Both the position numbers and the translations under genes were made by a program. Positions 12,268 to 24,933 of a stretch of DNA of 64,000 nucleotides are shown here, piece by piece. The stretch comes from Octopus sinensis. Taxonomy: Eukaryota. The DNA lies in the NCBI RefSeq assembly GCF_006345805.1, contig NC_043010.1, positions 18,414,001 to 18,478,000 on the forward strand. The letters are read 5' to 3'. Position 1 is the stretch's first letter, and the number at the start of each line of letters is the position of its first letter. Below the pieces are notes generated by a model. That model ran no database searches. It had not been told where the DNA came from and saw nothing but the letters and a program-made list of their open reading frames with translations.

Positions 12268-12488
12268 TATAAGGTGGTGCTGGAAAGTTCCTGGCTTTGG
12301 GTAAAAGAAAATACAGGAAGATCAGTTAATTATGCTTTTATTCAATATATTCCCCTCTCAGATTCACACACATTGCAATGGCCCTTCAGGTTTCCTAAAC
12401 CCCGTAAAAAGAACTCGGAAGGTTGGGTCTCCATCCCAGGCCTTTCGCAACACCCTTAAAACCAGGAACTTTTCAGCACCCACTCGCA
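12268..12488. mobile_element. Mariner-derived MITE
   Basis: TIRs GGTGCTGGAAAGTTCCTGG / CCAGGAACTTTTCAGCACC; internal TTTATTCAATATATTCCCCTCTCAG resembles mariner 3' ends. Confidence 0.75.
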
Positions 12489-12774
12489 TTTGTGTATCAA
12501 AATATATCCATATTCAAAGTACTAAAGATAGTATAAAAAAATTGAAAAAAAACACTAGTAACAAAATTAAACAAAAATGCTGTCCATCCTTTAAATACTG
12601 AAGGTACTTACGAATCCTGATGTATATCGCTCTTCGTTCAAAATATTTATCGGTTAATTATCTCACGAACCACCTAATTGTATAAACGGTGAGTCTGTGT
12701 TAGGTTGACTTCGATTTATTTCTATAATTTCTCAGTCAATTATCTTATGAATAATATAAGCGGTGTGTGTGTGT

Positions 12775-12815
<41 letters not shown>

Positions 12816-12959
12816 CTGTGCGTGTGCCTGTGTGTGTGTGTTTAATAAATTGTGTCATCGATATCTCACCGGTTTTATTTGCTGGGTCAGGAGAAAGGAC
12901 CGATTCCTTCGCAAACCAGTAAGATCGATATCATATACTTTTTGAACGATTGTAAGTTG

Positions 12960-13430
12960 ATCCCTAGGAGAAAGATGTGGGGAAGGATGGGATTCCGAGG
13001 GAAATTATGTCTAAGGGAGAAGACCTGGGCGACGCAGTTACTGAGGAGCCTAGAAAGATGGGACAAAATAAGGGTAGTGAGGGGAGACGCGAACGAGTGA
13101 AGAATGGTTGTGTGCAAGTGGCGTTGAGCTCAGCCTGCTGCGACGAACAGACAACAGTTTTGGGCGAATGGAAAGATTGGAGCGTATTTGAGAGTTGGTT
13201 CATGTCAATCAGTCGACCCTTTCCAAAAAACGGTGTAGAGTGTTCCGATGCGGTATCGAGTGCTGTAGTAATACAGTCACAGATATGAGAGCAATAACTG
13301 GCCCTCCGTCGGCTACGACGAAGAGTGTTCCAGTTAATCCGATCAACGGAACAGCTCGCAAGTGGCTGAGAATTCCACTGAGACGTGCGTACGCTTAACG
13401 TAGATCTCAGGGAGAATGTGACAAGGTCAG
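12960..13430 (-). pseudogene. Probable RTE-clade LINE 5' / endonuclease remnant
   Basis: Minus strand contains YTVFWKGS (RTE APE motif GYTxFWKG); otherwise heavily decayed. Confidence 0.35.
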
Positions 13431-13444
13431 CCATTTGAATTAGG

Positions 13445-13587
13445 TACAGCTCATTTTTGCCAGTTGAGTGGACTGGAGCAACGTGAAATAAAGTGTCTTG
13501 CTCAAGAACACAACGTGCGGCGGAATTTCGAACTCACAACCTTGCGATAGTGAGCCTAAAAGCCTAACCACTAAGCCACACAACTTC
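13445..13587 (-). mobile_element. SINE family D (tRNA head + CORE-like TGTTCTTGAGCAAGACACTTT)
   Basis: A-box TGGCTTAGTGG, B-box GAGTTCGAAATTCC; homologous to 28200-28392. Confidence 0.75.
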
Positions 13588-14055
13588 ACTATGAGAACGT
13601 AGTACTATTATTGTTATTGTTAGTATATGTTGAGATGGTCATTTGGCTAATAAAACCCGCTCGCTGGTTTTATTTCTGATCATCATTAATCAACCAGTAG
13701 CTATAAGGCCTTCTGTGTCTGCTTTTAATTCAGAACTTTTGAGTCACTTTTGGTTTATACACTGGTTTACTTCCTGTCTACCGAACCTTGCGGTATCTTA
13801 ACAATGGAAAGGTTTTACCCACCATTTTGTCCCACTGCTTTTTAGAATTCTACTTTGATTTTGTTGGTCGTTTTCCTAAACTTTAGTGTTGCTTTATCGT
13901 GTCTAAATCTTATATCTTGAGAGTAATTAGTTTCCAGTTTGTAATTAATTATTTCACTGCCCGTGGAAAAATTATTTTTGGCTTATGGTTAGTTATTATC
14001 GAAAAACTTTTTAATCATCATCATCATTATCGCCATCAGCAGCAGCAACAATAGT

Positions 14056-14423
14056 GGAGGCATAATGGCCCAGTGGTTAGGGCAGCGGACTCGCGGTCGG
14101 AGGATCGCGGTTTCGACTCCCAGACCGGGCGTTGTATGTCTTTATTGAGCGAAAACACCTAAAGCTCCACGAGGCTCCGGCAGGGGGTGGTGGCGACCCC
14201 TGTTGTACTCTTTCGCTCCAACTTTCTCCCACTCTTTCTTCCTGTTTCTTGTCCCCGACTTCCTACGCAACCGCTGAGCCTGGATGCGCATTCATCCATC
14301 CGTCGATGCTCTCGGTGTCGGAGGTTCACCTGCTTTCTCTTCTGCGGGTCTTACGAATAGCAAAGGACCACGTTTCGGACTTCTCCCGTCTTACGAGCTC
14401 TGGGACGAAGACCGTTCGCTCAA
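14056..14423 (+). mobile_element. SINE family C with variant 3' half
   Basis: Head GGAGGCATAATGGCCCAGTGGTTAGGGCAGCGGACTCGCGG, B-box GTTTCGACTCCC; body shared with 23323 and 27220 copies up to CTTCCTGTTTCTTG, then a different tail ending in (CAG)n. Confidence 0.85.
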
Positions 14424-14725
14424 CAGCAGCAGCAGCAATACTTTTAATACGATTCTATCATGTGATGGATAAGCATTTAATAAAGCAATCTCTATGAACA
14501 AGCGTTAATGACCTCCATCTTGTACCAACTTGGCGCTGCTTTCCCAATGCGACAGAAAGTTCTTGATGATGTAAGAAATGTTTCCATTGAAGCTAATCTG
14601 CTTCTATCCATTGCCAACGTTCTTAAAAACCAAACAATTATCGCAAAAAACAACATTCCTATATTCCTTTATTGCCTTCTGCTGTTGCTTCCAGTCTTTT
14701 CACGTTTTCATTAAATCCAAAATGA

Positions 14726-14775
14726 ACTTCCGGTGTGAAATTGCTCGCAGGCGGCAACGATTTAACAACTTCCGG
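14726..14775. promoter_or_regulatory. Pair of ETS-type motifs (ACTTCCGG x2), candidate promoter element
   Basis: ACTTCCGG at 14726-14733 and 14768-14775 in a locally CpG-richer unique stretch. Confidence 0.25.
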
Positions 14776-15747
14776 AAAAAACAATTGCCGGTAACTTATG
14801 TATATCTAATGGGAACAAATTTTTAATTTAAATCATAATATTAGAGATGTAGTTTAATATTACAGCGTTAGGCTGCGTTCGCTGCTTTAAAGGCAGCGTC
14901 ACGGTTTCGGTTTCCAGATAAAGATATTTCGTTTTACCAGCACCATGAATGTGAAAAACGAACATCCGGGCCATGAAGTCACATCTTCGTCATTTCCTAA
15001 AAGATGACCTCTTTGCACAGAGTCGAAAGAAACAGTAGAACAATCGTGTTCTGAGTTCGAATTCCGCTGAAGTCAACATTGCCTTTTACTTTCCCATGAA
15101 CGATAAAAGCAAAGAATTGGTTATAAAGATACAGAGGGTGGCTCAAAGTAGGTTTACAGTTACCACGTAGGCACTTTTAATTTCTTTTAAAACATTTTAT
15201 TATATTTAATTTTCTATCTTACAATTAACTAAATTAGTTTACAATAATGGTTTCGTATTTTTTTTTTTTATAATTAAGATCTAAACTGTTCATATATGAA
15301 TGCGAAAGAAATAGTTGAATGACTGTAAAAACCTAAATTTGGGCCTCCCTGTAGTTAATCGATAATTCCCTTCACCAGTAAAATGTCTGACCTTTCATCG
15401 ATGTCTGGAATGCACTGTTGAAAACCTCTCCTGTAACTGACTAAAATCATTTATCATTAGTTTCCTTCTCAATAAGACTGACACTCAGTGTATAACTGGT
15501 ACCATTTTCTTCCACCGCAGGCGTACGCAATCGAATTAAATGTGGGTTTTCAGCTCAGGATGTAATGAGCCGAAAGAAAACCTGTCAATTCCCCGCCATA
15601 GTTCCAAGATACTCATACTAGTGCGAAATTTAGACTCACTATGAGGCAAGATCGAAAAATTGAAATACGCATCGCCCGAAACGACGGAGAACCATTTCAT
15701 TACGTATGCATGTGTGTGTGTGTGTGTGTGGTGTGTGTGTGTGTGTG

Positions 15748-15778
<31 letters not shown>

Positions 15779-16479
15779 TTGTGTGTCTTTTGAGCCGAAG
15801 AGTATTTGTGCTTATCTATGTCTGATTGTGTATGTGTGTGGTTCTGTGCCTAGATTCGATGTGTGTGTGCGAGTAAGAGAGAGAAGAGAGAAATTGAGGG
15901 AGAAAGGAGAGAGAGAAGCAGACAGACTATTTTAATCTCTTTGCAACATTAATCCATCTTTTAATTACAAGTCATCAGAAGAAACGGCGATGTGTGTGTG
16001 TATGTGAGTGTGTGTCTGTGTAGGTGGGGGGAGAGGGGAGGGGTTACACCACAATTTCTAAACTAAAGATACTTAGACTTAATCTTGTCACAGAAAAAGA
16101 AAACTGAAGTATGGCGAACACATACACACGTACACACATACATACACACACACACACACACACACGTTCATATAATTATATGTTTGCGTGTGTGTACTAA
16201 CACATCTATATACAATGTACACACACACACATACACACACCCATATAAATATCTTTGTACGTGCAAAAGCATCACACACACGCACGCACGCATGCACCAA
16301 CGCAACAACGCACGTAGACACACGTACGCGCGCGAGCGCGATTTTTTAAGTTTCCAGTTTTCAGCGAATAAATAAAATATCTTTAGTCTCGATGTTGAGT
16401 CTTCTCTTTTCTCTTCAGCGTGTGCGCGCGCACCTGTGTGTGTGTGTGAGCTGCAGTGTGATCGAGAATCAAGAAGCAT

Positions 16480-16480
16480 G

Positions 16481-16537
<57 letters not shown>

Positions 16538-16885
16538 TATATATGTATGTATGTATGTGTGTGTGTATCTATGCGTGTATGTATGTATGCATACATGCCT
16601 ACATACATGCATACATACATACATACATGCATGCATACATACATACATACATGCATGCATACATACATGCATACATGCATGCATGCATACATGCATTCAT
16701 ATATACATACATACATGCAAGCATACATACATGCATGCATACATGCATACATATATACATACATACATACATGCATGCATACATGCATGCATACATGCAT
16801 ACATATATACATAAATGCATACATACATACATACATACATACATACATACATACATACATACATACATACATACATACATACATA
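16480..16885. repeat. (TA)n / (TACA,TGCA)n compound microsatellite
   Basis: Direct reading of the sequence. Confidence 0.95.
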
Positions 16886-17009
16886 CTCGCAAACACACAC
16901 ATTGCCACAAGAGAAACACACTATACAGGCGGATTAAATCAATGGAACAATACCCGTTAGATTTTCCATCGGGAACATCTCTGTTCCATCTCGGAACCAT
17001 TATCTAAAA

Positions 17010-18350
17010 TGTCTGCTAGTGAATATCAAAGACTTCATAAGAAGATTGTAACGCCGGCGTTATTTCTTTGATAATCTGGAAATTATGAAGATAATAAATT
17101 CGGATTTAGAACGTGAAAAGATCCACCATCTTACAGAGACTAAGAATAATTTGAATCGATTTTTTTTCCTTTTATAAAATGAGTCAGATTCAGGAAAGTC
17201 TGCAACAGCCTCCAAATCTCGTTAAAACGTGAGTTAGTAAATTGATGTGATTCTGAGAAGAGACATGTTTTCTTAAACAACCAAATAGAAAAAATAGCTT
17301 TTAGACATGACACGTATAGCAGAATATATCCGATAATATCACCAACACTAAAGAGATTTTGCGTCTGCTTACACCTTTCAATAAAACGAAGAAATTACCA
17401 CAACCTTTGATATTTATGATTAAAGTATGCAACACCTAATATAAGTTTTTAATCTCTAAAAATCTTAGAAACAGTTAAAAAGTAAATTCAAAAGATGTTT
17501 AATCTTTAAATAAAAAATTCTTAAGACGAAAACTACGGTCTTCCTTGCTTTATTGATCAAGAATATTGTAAAATTCGAATGAGTGGTGAGTTCATGACAG
17601 AGTTATACTTACTTAATTTGATACTATATCTATCACTTAACTCTTTCTTTCCAGAGCTTTGGTTTTCATAAATAACATCGTATCAATTAACAAATATATG
17701 CGCATGTCAGAAAATACCTACTTTTAAAGTGATTATATAGTACCGGGATAAAAAAAAACCCGACTTATTTGACATTTCTAGGGAACTATGTGAAGGATCT
17801 CAATTTTGGAAAATAACAAGAATGTCCATCCAAGCATTTTGTAGAGAAGAACTTCCTGCAGTAATATGCGGAACTTAGAGAAACGATGGACTGTTAGTCG
17901 CACAATATATGAATGCTTATGAACTATATAGATTTAGGGAAAATCGAATGAAACTGTTTAGTGAAATAGGTTTACGTATAACAGTGGATACTTATCTCAG
18001 AATAGTTAATATCTTTAGATATTTCTTTAAATATAGAAGGTAAAAATACCCATCGGCCATTTATATGATTTGGTACCTAACATTAATGCAAATGAAACGA
18101 CATTTACCAACGTCTCTCGGTGTTACAAAGCTATTCTCTGGAACAATGAAACTGTATCAACCAGTATCTAATGTTCCATTGTATCAAAATGAGAAATGAG
18201 AAATTTTATGATACAAATCACTATAATTTATTGGATGGGAACCCAAACTTAGGTAAAGAATCCAATAATTTGTGTTTTCATATAATTGTTTCGCTATTTT
18301 CATTTTTAGATATCTATTTCAAGCCATTTTGTTTGGAGGGAAAGTCAACC
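17010..18350 (+). pseudogene. Decayed Penelope-like reverse transcriptase
   Basis: Frame-shifted motifs FDI, R-N-D-G-L-L-V (PLE YRDDGL) and KLFSEIGLRITVDTYLRIVN.LDISLNI. Confidence 0.65.
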
Positions 18351-18584
18351 TGCTAAACATAGCTAATTCTCTTTCAAATCACACCCTTCCAGCTTAAATA
18401 AAGAAAAGACACGTGACATAATATGGTCCTACATACCCTTACAATGACAAAGTGTGACTGGAATGTCTTTGATCATAAGTTTCCCAGAATCAAGATTGAC
18501 TTACGGTTAAACGAAGTCTGGTGCAAAACATTTGCAAAGTCAGTAAGTGAGCCTTAACACTCGATATGCCAGAAATACCAGCCA

Positions 18585-18910
18585 AGTCTCCTTGGTCCGC
18601 GGACCGGTGCCGGTCCGCGAGCCGTCAGCTGCTGGTACGCGGCGAGTTTCCAGAAAAGAAACACTAACATAATTTCAACAGTTTTGCCTTATATACTGCA
18701 GTGAACAACTTATCAGCTTATGTAATATTGTATTATTGTATTATTTACAAAATAGATATAAGATTTTTAAAAAATGTCAACTTTTATCATATTCATTATA
18801 TATATTGTTTTCTGGTATAAATAAATATTACTAAGAAATATTACAGGTCTCTGGCACATTGGGAAAAAAACTGCTGGTACGCTACATCAGCTTGAGAAGC
18901 ATTGCTCTAC
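18585..18910. mobile_element. hAT (Charlie-like) MITE fragment
   Basis: GGTCCGCGGACCGG subterminal motif and terminal TTGAGAAGCATTG. Confidence 0.55.
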
Positions 18911-19009
18911 GGTTCGGACATAAGGTTCGGACATAAGTCTGTAAAGAAAGATGGGATTTTTTCTGGGTTCGGATGAAGGGGCAGTGCTAAGGATTCCGCA
19001 GACCTTCCT

Positions 19010-19700
19010 AGGCTGGTGAGTTGGATGGCATTGTTCGTATTCAACCTTTGTAAATCAACATTTGCCTGAATGAGTTGGGAGGGAATTGAGAAGGAAAGAA
19101 CGGTAGTAACGATCGATGATAGGACTAGTGACATGAACACCAGGATGTTGAGATGAGAAGAGACAAGTGGATCAAGAAATGCTTGACAGGAGATGGCATG
19201 AGCCCACTTCAGGGAACAGAGGCCATTAAAGAAGAGAGAGTAAAAAGCAGAGAGAGGAGACCTGTAAGTGACAGACTGGAACTTTTCTAAAGATGACTTT
19301 CAGTCGGTTGACCCTTTCCAGGTCTGGTCCAAGGATCTGTTCCCTCAAAAGCTGCACCATTTCAGATGCGAGAGAATTCTCTGCCAATCAGTAAATATTG
19401 GGGGATGAAGTATCTTTTGGCCCTAAACTTCCGATAGGATGCGCTGGCATCAATATTAAGGGCAGCTACTCGAGATATTTTAGTCCAACATTTAGAGCGA
19501 TAGTGTGGATCTAATTTGCGTGCTGCTTATGATTAAAGGTAGTCGGGGCACCGATGTTGTTGTGATTTATGTTTATGTTCTCTTACTGTTGAATGTTTGG
19601 GAATAATGGCAAGGGGTATTACGAAGCCGGTGGCCATGTTGCTTTGAAGCATGTTGGGATGAGACGGACATGGGACTAAAAACAACTTAAGGGTTATACT
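19010..19700 (-). pseudogene. CR1/L2-group LINE RT C-terminal remnant
   Basis: Decayed AARKL..KRYFIP..EFSRI*NGA (EYCSHIWxGA) and ..SLCFFYSLFNGLCS..(N)SLP motifs. Confidence 0.5.
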
Positions 19701-20369
19701 ATAATATTACAGCCTCACAACTAGAATCTGGCAGCCAAATCTCCAAATCTTCCAAGCTAGGGAAGGACAAATGAAGTAATGTAGTCACTGGTACAATCTT
19801 AAAAAGGTGGGATGGTCACGATTGGATTACCTTAAATTACATGTCTACTGGATCAATGCCGACCTGGGGCTAAATAACGACGACTTACATCTTGTATCTT
19901 TAAATCTCACACCTTACTTCATTCCCCAGCACTTGTTTTACGACATTATACCGGTTCCTATTTGCGGTCATTAACACTGTTTTTTTTTTCCTTCTCCATT
20001 TTCTTTCAATATTTTACTCTTGCTTTCAGTCATTTTTACTTTATCTTTTTCAAAGTTTCTCTCTTGTTTTCTTTTGTTTTCCTTGACATTCGTTTATATT
20101 TTTATCAGAATATTTCTCGTTTCAATGTTTCCTTTTCTTTTTTAACTCTTTTTGTCTTTCTCTTTACGTTTTATTTATTTCCTTCTCTCGGCGTCTCTCT
20201 CACCTTTCTCTTTTCGCAATATTTTTCAATCCGCGAATAGCATCAACAACAGCAACAATGACAACAGCATCATTGCGGTGGGAGAAAGGAAAAAAAAAAC
20301 TAAAATGTAATCTAAAGAAATAACAAAAAGAAATCAATATTAAAGCTCCTTGCAATGGAAGTCATATTT

Positions 20370-20470
20370 TTAGGGTCGCGGTGTATTAAGAGCGGGTCGT
20401 TAACTTTCAATGGCCATCTCACGTGATCACCTCTTTGGCGGAAGTTTAGTGTTTTTCTTCCGGTTCAGGC
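20370..20470. promoter_or_regulatory. Candidate promoter motif cluster (E-box TCACGTGA, GGCGGAAGT, CTTCCGG)
   Basis: TCACGTGA 20419-20426, GGCGGAAGT 20437-20445 and CTTCCGG 20457-20463 lie within 45 bp, next to a long pyrimidine-rich (minus-strand purine-rich) unique tract. Confidence 0.35.
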
Positions 20471-20679
20471 ATAGCTGTTGGCTGTTGGCTTGTTTAAGCG
20501 ATGGTAACCTCTAAAAACCATCCTGACAATAGATCTCCCTCTGCTTCTCTCTAGCTCTTTGCACATGCACGCACGCACACACACACACGCACGCACGCAC
20601 GCACACACACACACACACACACACACATTTATTTACGTATATGTCTATATCGATATCGTATGTGTGTGTATGGGAGATA

Positions 20680-20688
20680 TATATATAT

Positions 20689-20761
<73 letters not shown>

Positions 20762-20854
20762 CAGATAGATAGACAGATAGATAGATAGATAGACAGATAG
20801 ATAGACAGATAGATATATAGACAGATAGATAGATAGATAGGCAGATAGATAGAC

Positions 20855-20897
<43 letters not shown>

Positions 20898-20902
20898 TAG
20901 AC

Positions 20903-20933
<31 letters not shown>

Positions 20934-20946
20934 TAGACAGACAGAC

Positions 20947-21017
<71 letters not shown>
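20680..21017. repeat. (GATA/GACA)n microsatellite
   Basis: Direct reading of the sequence. Confidence 0.95.
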
Positions 21018-21019
<2 letters not shown>

Positions 21020-21695
21020 TGCATAAATATATGAGTTTGTGTATTATAAGCATAAATATATATACATGTCTGTACATACATTCATGCAGAGTTGCATAAA
21101 TACTACGTACATACATGTCCGTGTGTGCATGGATCTGTATAACTGCCAGTCTATCCTCGTGGTACAGACGGTACAAACTCTGTGTGTGAGGGTTTATTGA
21201 TGTGGAGGAGGTCCAGAGCCAGTCATTGGCCTCCTCGGTGACTTTGCATGTACTTCTGTGTATGTGTGTGCGTGTGTGTATTGGTGAGTTGGTATTGTTT
21301 GTGTATGTAGTACTTATGGGTGCACCAATGTCCTCCTCCGCCTCCTCCTCATCATCATCAATATATCATCATCGTCGTCGTCAATATCATCATCATCCTC
21401 ATCGTCATCATCATCATCATCATCACAATCACCATAATTCTTGCTTTCAGCAGCTCATTCGCCCTACCCCACCACTCCTCGTTCTTCCTTTCCCATCCAC
21501 CTCGTAACCATCCGCCACCATCACCACCCCTCCCATGCCATTTCATATCGTTTTTCCGCCACGTAACCATTATGTCCATTTGCCACTAAAAATGCTATCC
21601 ACATTGGCCGGATATCTCTGCTGACCACACAATGAGAAAGGGATTATGGGTAGGTTTGGTGATCATGGGGTAGCTCGAATCGACCAGACAGATTA

Positions 21696-21990
21696 CACAC
21701 ATACATACACACACACATACATACACACATACATACACACACATACACACACGCATACATACATACATACATACATACATACATACATACATACATACAC
21801 ACATACATAAACGCACACATACATACACACACATACTTATATACATATAAACACACATACACACACAAACACACACACACACAAACACACACATACATAA
21901 ACACACACATACATACACACAAACATACACATATACACACATACATACACATACATACATGCATATATACATACGCATGATATATACATA
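21696..21990. repeat. (CA/TACA)n microsatellite
   Basis: Direct reading of the sequence. Confidence 0.95.
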
Positions 21991-22456
21991 CACATGCATG
22001 CATACACACTACATTCGCGCATACGCAGATGTGCGTGCATGCATGCATGTGCGTGCTTGTATGTGTGTGCGCGCATGTGCGTGTATTGAGCGAGCGAAGA
22101 AAAATACTATATTTTACGGATAAAGACATTAAGTAAACCATGACCACCACAACAAACTCAACAACTACAAAAGAACCAAGAAAGACCAAGATCAGGAAGA
22201 ATCCCAACCATCACCGCCTCCCCCACCACCATTCCTGACAACGGCAAAATGAAGAGGGAAATAAAGGGAGGACGGAAAAAGAATTGTCCATCGATGAATT
22301 AAAATTGGTGCCAAGGAAAGCTGTGTTTACAACAAAATGTTTTTGAGAAATAAAGTCCTGCTAGAATATGGACAGAATTGTTAGAATGTAATCTTATACA
22401 AAGTTGATAGAATATTAATTTCTAACATAAACAAATTTCTGGGCTGGATACGGTTA

Positions 22457-22654
22457 CCGCATTTTCAGGAGTACAAGTCTACCTGGCATGTAGTGTAAAC
22501 ATGTAGTGGGGACATTCAAATATCGTCACCACCTTCACAAATCCTGCTGCATTTAGCACGAAATCTTTGGGCTTCGAAAGTCTTCTTGGTGACATATCCT
22601 TTTTGACCACAAATTATGATCTGAAAACTTCGACTTGTACGCCAGATAATACGG
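22457..22654. mobile_element. pogo/Tigger-type MITE
   Basis: TIRs CCGCATTTTCAGGAGTACAAGTC / GACTTGTACGCCAGATAATACGG, with TA on both flanks. Confidence 0.7.
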
Positions 22655-22852
22655 TATTAATGTCTCCCCCCCACTTTCACTCAGTAGACAACGACTTCAT
22701 ATATCATAGTCTAAATATTGTCTGAAACATAAAAATTTCAGTTGGAAAACGGGTGGGGTTTCAAGCAGTGTGGTTATTGACACGTAGGGAGATCGAACAC
22801 ACGTTACATCCAATGCAAGACTAACATCGTCTCTCTTAAATTTGATTTAAAG

Positions 22853-23102
22853 CATTGGTTCTCAACCATTTTTGTATCTATGAGCCTCTTTGATTTCTAT
22901 TTTACTTAGGTGGATCCCATAGCTATTCGATATTTTTTAAAACGTCCCATTATTTTTTCATAATTAAATATTATTAGGAATTGTATTAAATAAATTGTTA
23001 AAGTATTTTGTTTATTGTAGAATAGATTGATTGCGCTTAATTTTTAACAAAATATTATATCGACACCCAAGGGCTCTATTGGGGCCTTGTTGAGAAGCAC
23101 TG
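22853..23102. mobile_element. hAT-Charlie MITE
   Basis: TIRs CATTGGTTCTCAAC / GTTGAGAAGCACTG; 8-bp TSD ATTTAAAG / GTTTAAAG. Confidence 0.8.
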
Positions 23103-23150
23103 GTTTAAAGCAAAACTAACATTATTTTGCAACAAGCAAAGCAGCTGGTT

Positions 23151-23309
23151 AAAATCATTTTGTAAGCTAATCCAACTTTTTGTCAAATCCATTTTGCGGT
23201 TTAATGTTGTGTATTGGATATTTTCGTCTCATTATAGCCATTATAATATCATTTAGAAAAAAGATATGACAGACGACACCATTTACACTTCGTCTGTTTT
23301 CTTCAATCT
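23151..23309. repeat. 159-bp direct repeat, copy 1 (copy 2 at 24775-24933)
   Basis: Two substitutions seen between the copies over 159 bp. Confidence 0.95.
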
Positions 23310-23322
23310 CTGTAAGAGATAT

Positions 23323-23637
23323 GTTGTTTGTTTTGTTTGTTCTTTCTCGAGCTATGCCTGGCTCATAAGGGCCGGTTTCCTGGTTTCCTTGGCATTTAGG
23401 TTCCCCACCTGGACAGGACGCCGGTCCGTTGCAGGTGAGCTGCAAGATGCAGGAGGAAAGAGTGAGCGAAAATTGTGGCGAAAGAGTCAGCAGAAGTTCG
23501 CCATTACCTTCTGCCGGAGCCGCGTGGAGCTTAGGTGTTTCGCTCATAAACACACACATCGCCCGGTCTGAGATTCGAACATGCAATCCCTCGACCGCGA
23601 GTCCGCTGCTTTAACCACTAGGCCATGTGCCTCCACG
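23323..23637 (-). mobile_element. SINE family C full length (V-domain-like GACCGGCGTCCTGTCCAGG)
   Basis: tRNA head, (AAAC)n tail, 13-bp TSD CTGTAAGAGATAT at 23310-23322 and 23638-23650. Confidence 0.9.
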
Positions 23638-24179
23638 CTGTAAGAGATATAAATGGTGACTAAACTAAGAAGTAACGTTTGTCGTCACTTCAACATGGCT
23701 CCTCTTGGGATTAAAAAATGGCAATAACATCGGTTCGTACGGAACAACCATGTTGAATTGGCGACATACATTACTTAACATTATTTTCCAATTTCGATTT
23801 CATTTATTGATTCACATAAAAGTATGAAGAGTTACTTAAATTTCTTCGGGACACTCCCTTCCCTCAAAAATTTCAGGAGTTTTGCTTATGAGTAGAAAGA
23901 CTTGTCGGCTTTGTTTTACATCCTTGGGGAACGATAAAATAAAATACGAGTCATGTTTTGGGGGGTCGATGAAATTCGACAAACTCTTACCACTAAAATT
24001 GCTAGTCTTGTGTCAGAATTAGACGTGTTGTTCTCGTTCAACCATTGTCGCAAAAACTCTCGACATCTGTAGACATGATGATATAGCAGAATAATATACA
24101 TACAGATGCGTACATGCAGATATGTATGGATGTCATTAATCTGTTTATTTCAAGATGTCTTGCCAATAGAGAAAGAAAC

Positions 24180-24407
24180 GGCGAGCTGGCAGAGACGTTA
24201 GCACGCCGGGCGAAATGCTTAGCAGCATTTCGTCTGCCGCTACGTTCTGAGTTCAAATTCCGCCGAGGTAGACTTTGCCTTTCATCCTTTCGGGGTCGAT
24301 AAATTAAGTACCAGTTACGCACTGAGGTCGATCTAATCGACTTAACCCTTTTGTCTGTCCTTGTTTGTCCCTTCTATGTTTAGCCCCTTGTGGACAATAA
24401 AGAAATA
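24180..24407 (+). mobile_element. SINE family A full length
   Basis: TSD AGAGAAAGAAAC at 24168-24179 and 24408-24419; head, central domain and Tx1-like tail all present. Confidence 0.9.
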
Positions 24408-24774
24408 AGAGAAAGAAACCGTTTCTAATCTAGATCCAAGGCTCTTTCATTGGAATTTCAACATCAACAACAGAGTATTTTTGTATGTATGTATGTATGT
24501 ATGTATGTATGTATATGCAGATTTGTATGTTTTATGTATGTATTCTCATGTATGCGCATATGTATGTATGCATGTATGTATGTTACGTATGCAAGAGAGA
24601 ACCAGAGCGAGATTTAAAGAAATATAGAAAGGCAGAAAAATCAGAAGGAGACAGAGAGAAAGAGGGAAAGAGAGGGGGAAAACGGAGACAGACAGGCAGA
24701 CAGCGGTAAATGAACCATGGGCAATAAGGTAATAAGAAGAATCTGCCAGCGGAAGCAAGACTTAAGAGAGAAAA

Positions 24775-24933
24775 AAAATCATTTTGTAAGCTAATCCAAC
24801 TTTTTGTCAAATCCATTTTGCGGTTTAATGTTGTGTATTGGATATTTTCGTCTCGTTATAGCCATTATAATATCATTTAGAAAAAAGATATGACAGACGA
24901 CACCATTTACATTTCGTCTGTTTTCTTCAATCT
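24775..24933. repeat. 159-bp direct repeat, copy 2
   Basis: See 23151-23309. Confidence 0.95.

Noticed and set aside
14056-14130. tRNA genes at SINE heads (also 23565-23637, 51293-51360)
   Set aside because: A/B boxes are present, but they continue into SINE bodies found in multiple copies with TSDs; they are SINE promoters, not tRNA genes.
21110-21260. Minus-strand frame VTEEANDWLWTSSTSINPHTQSLYRLYHEDRLAV as an exon
   Set aside because: No convincing splice sites or homology; flanked by microsatellites.
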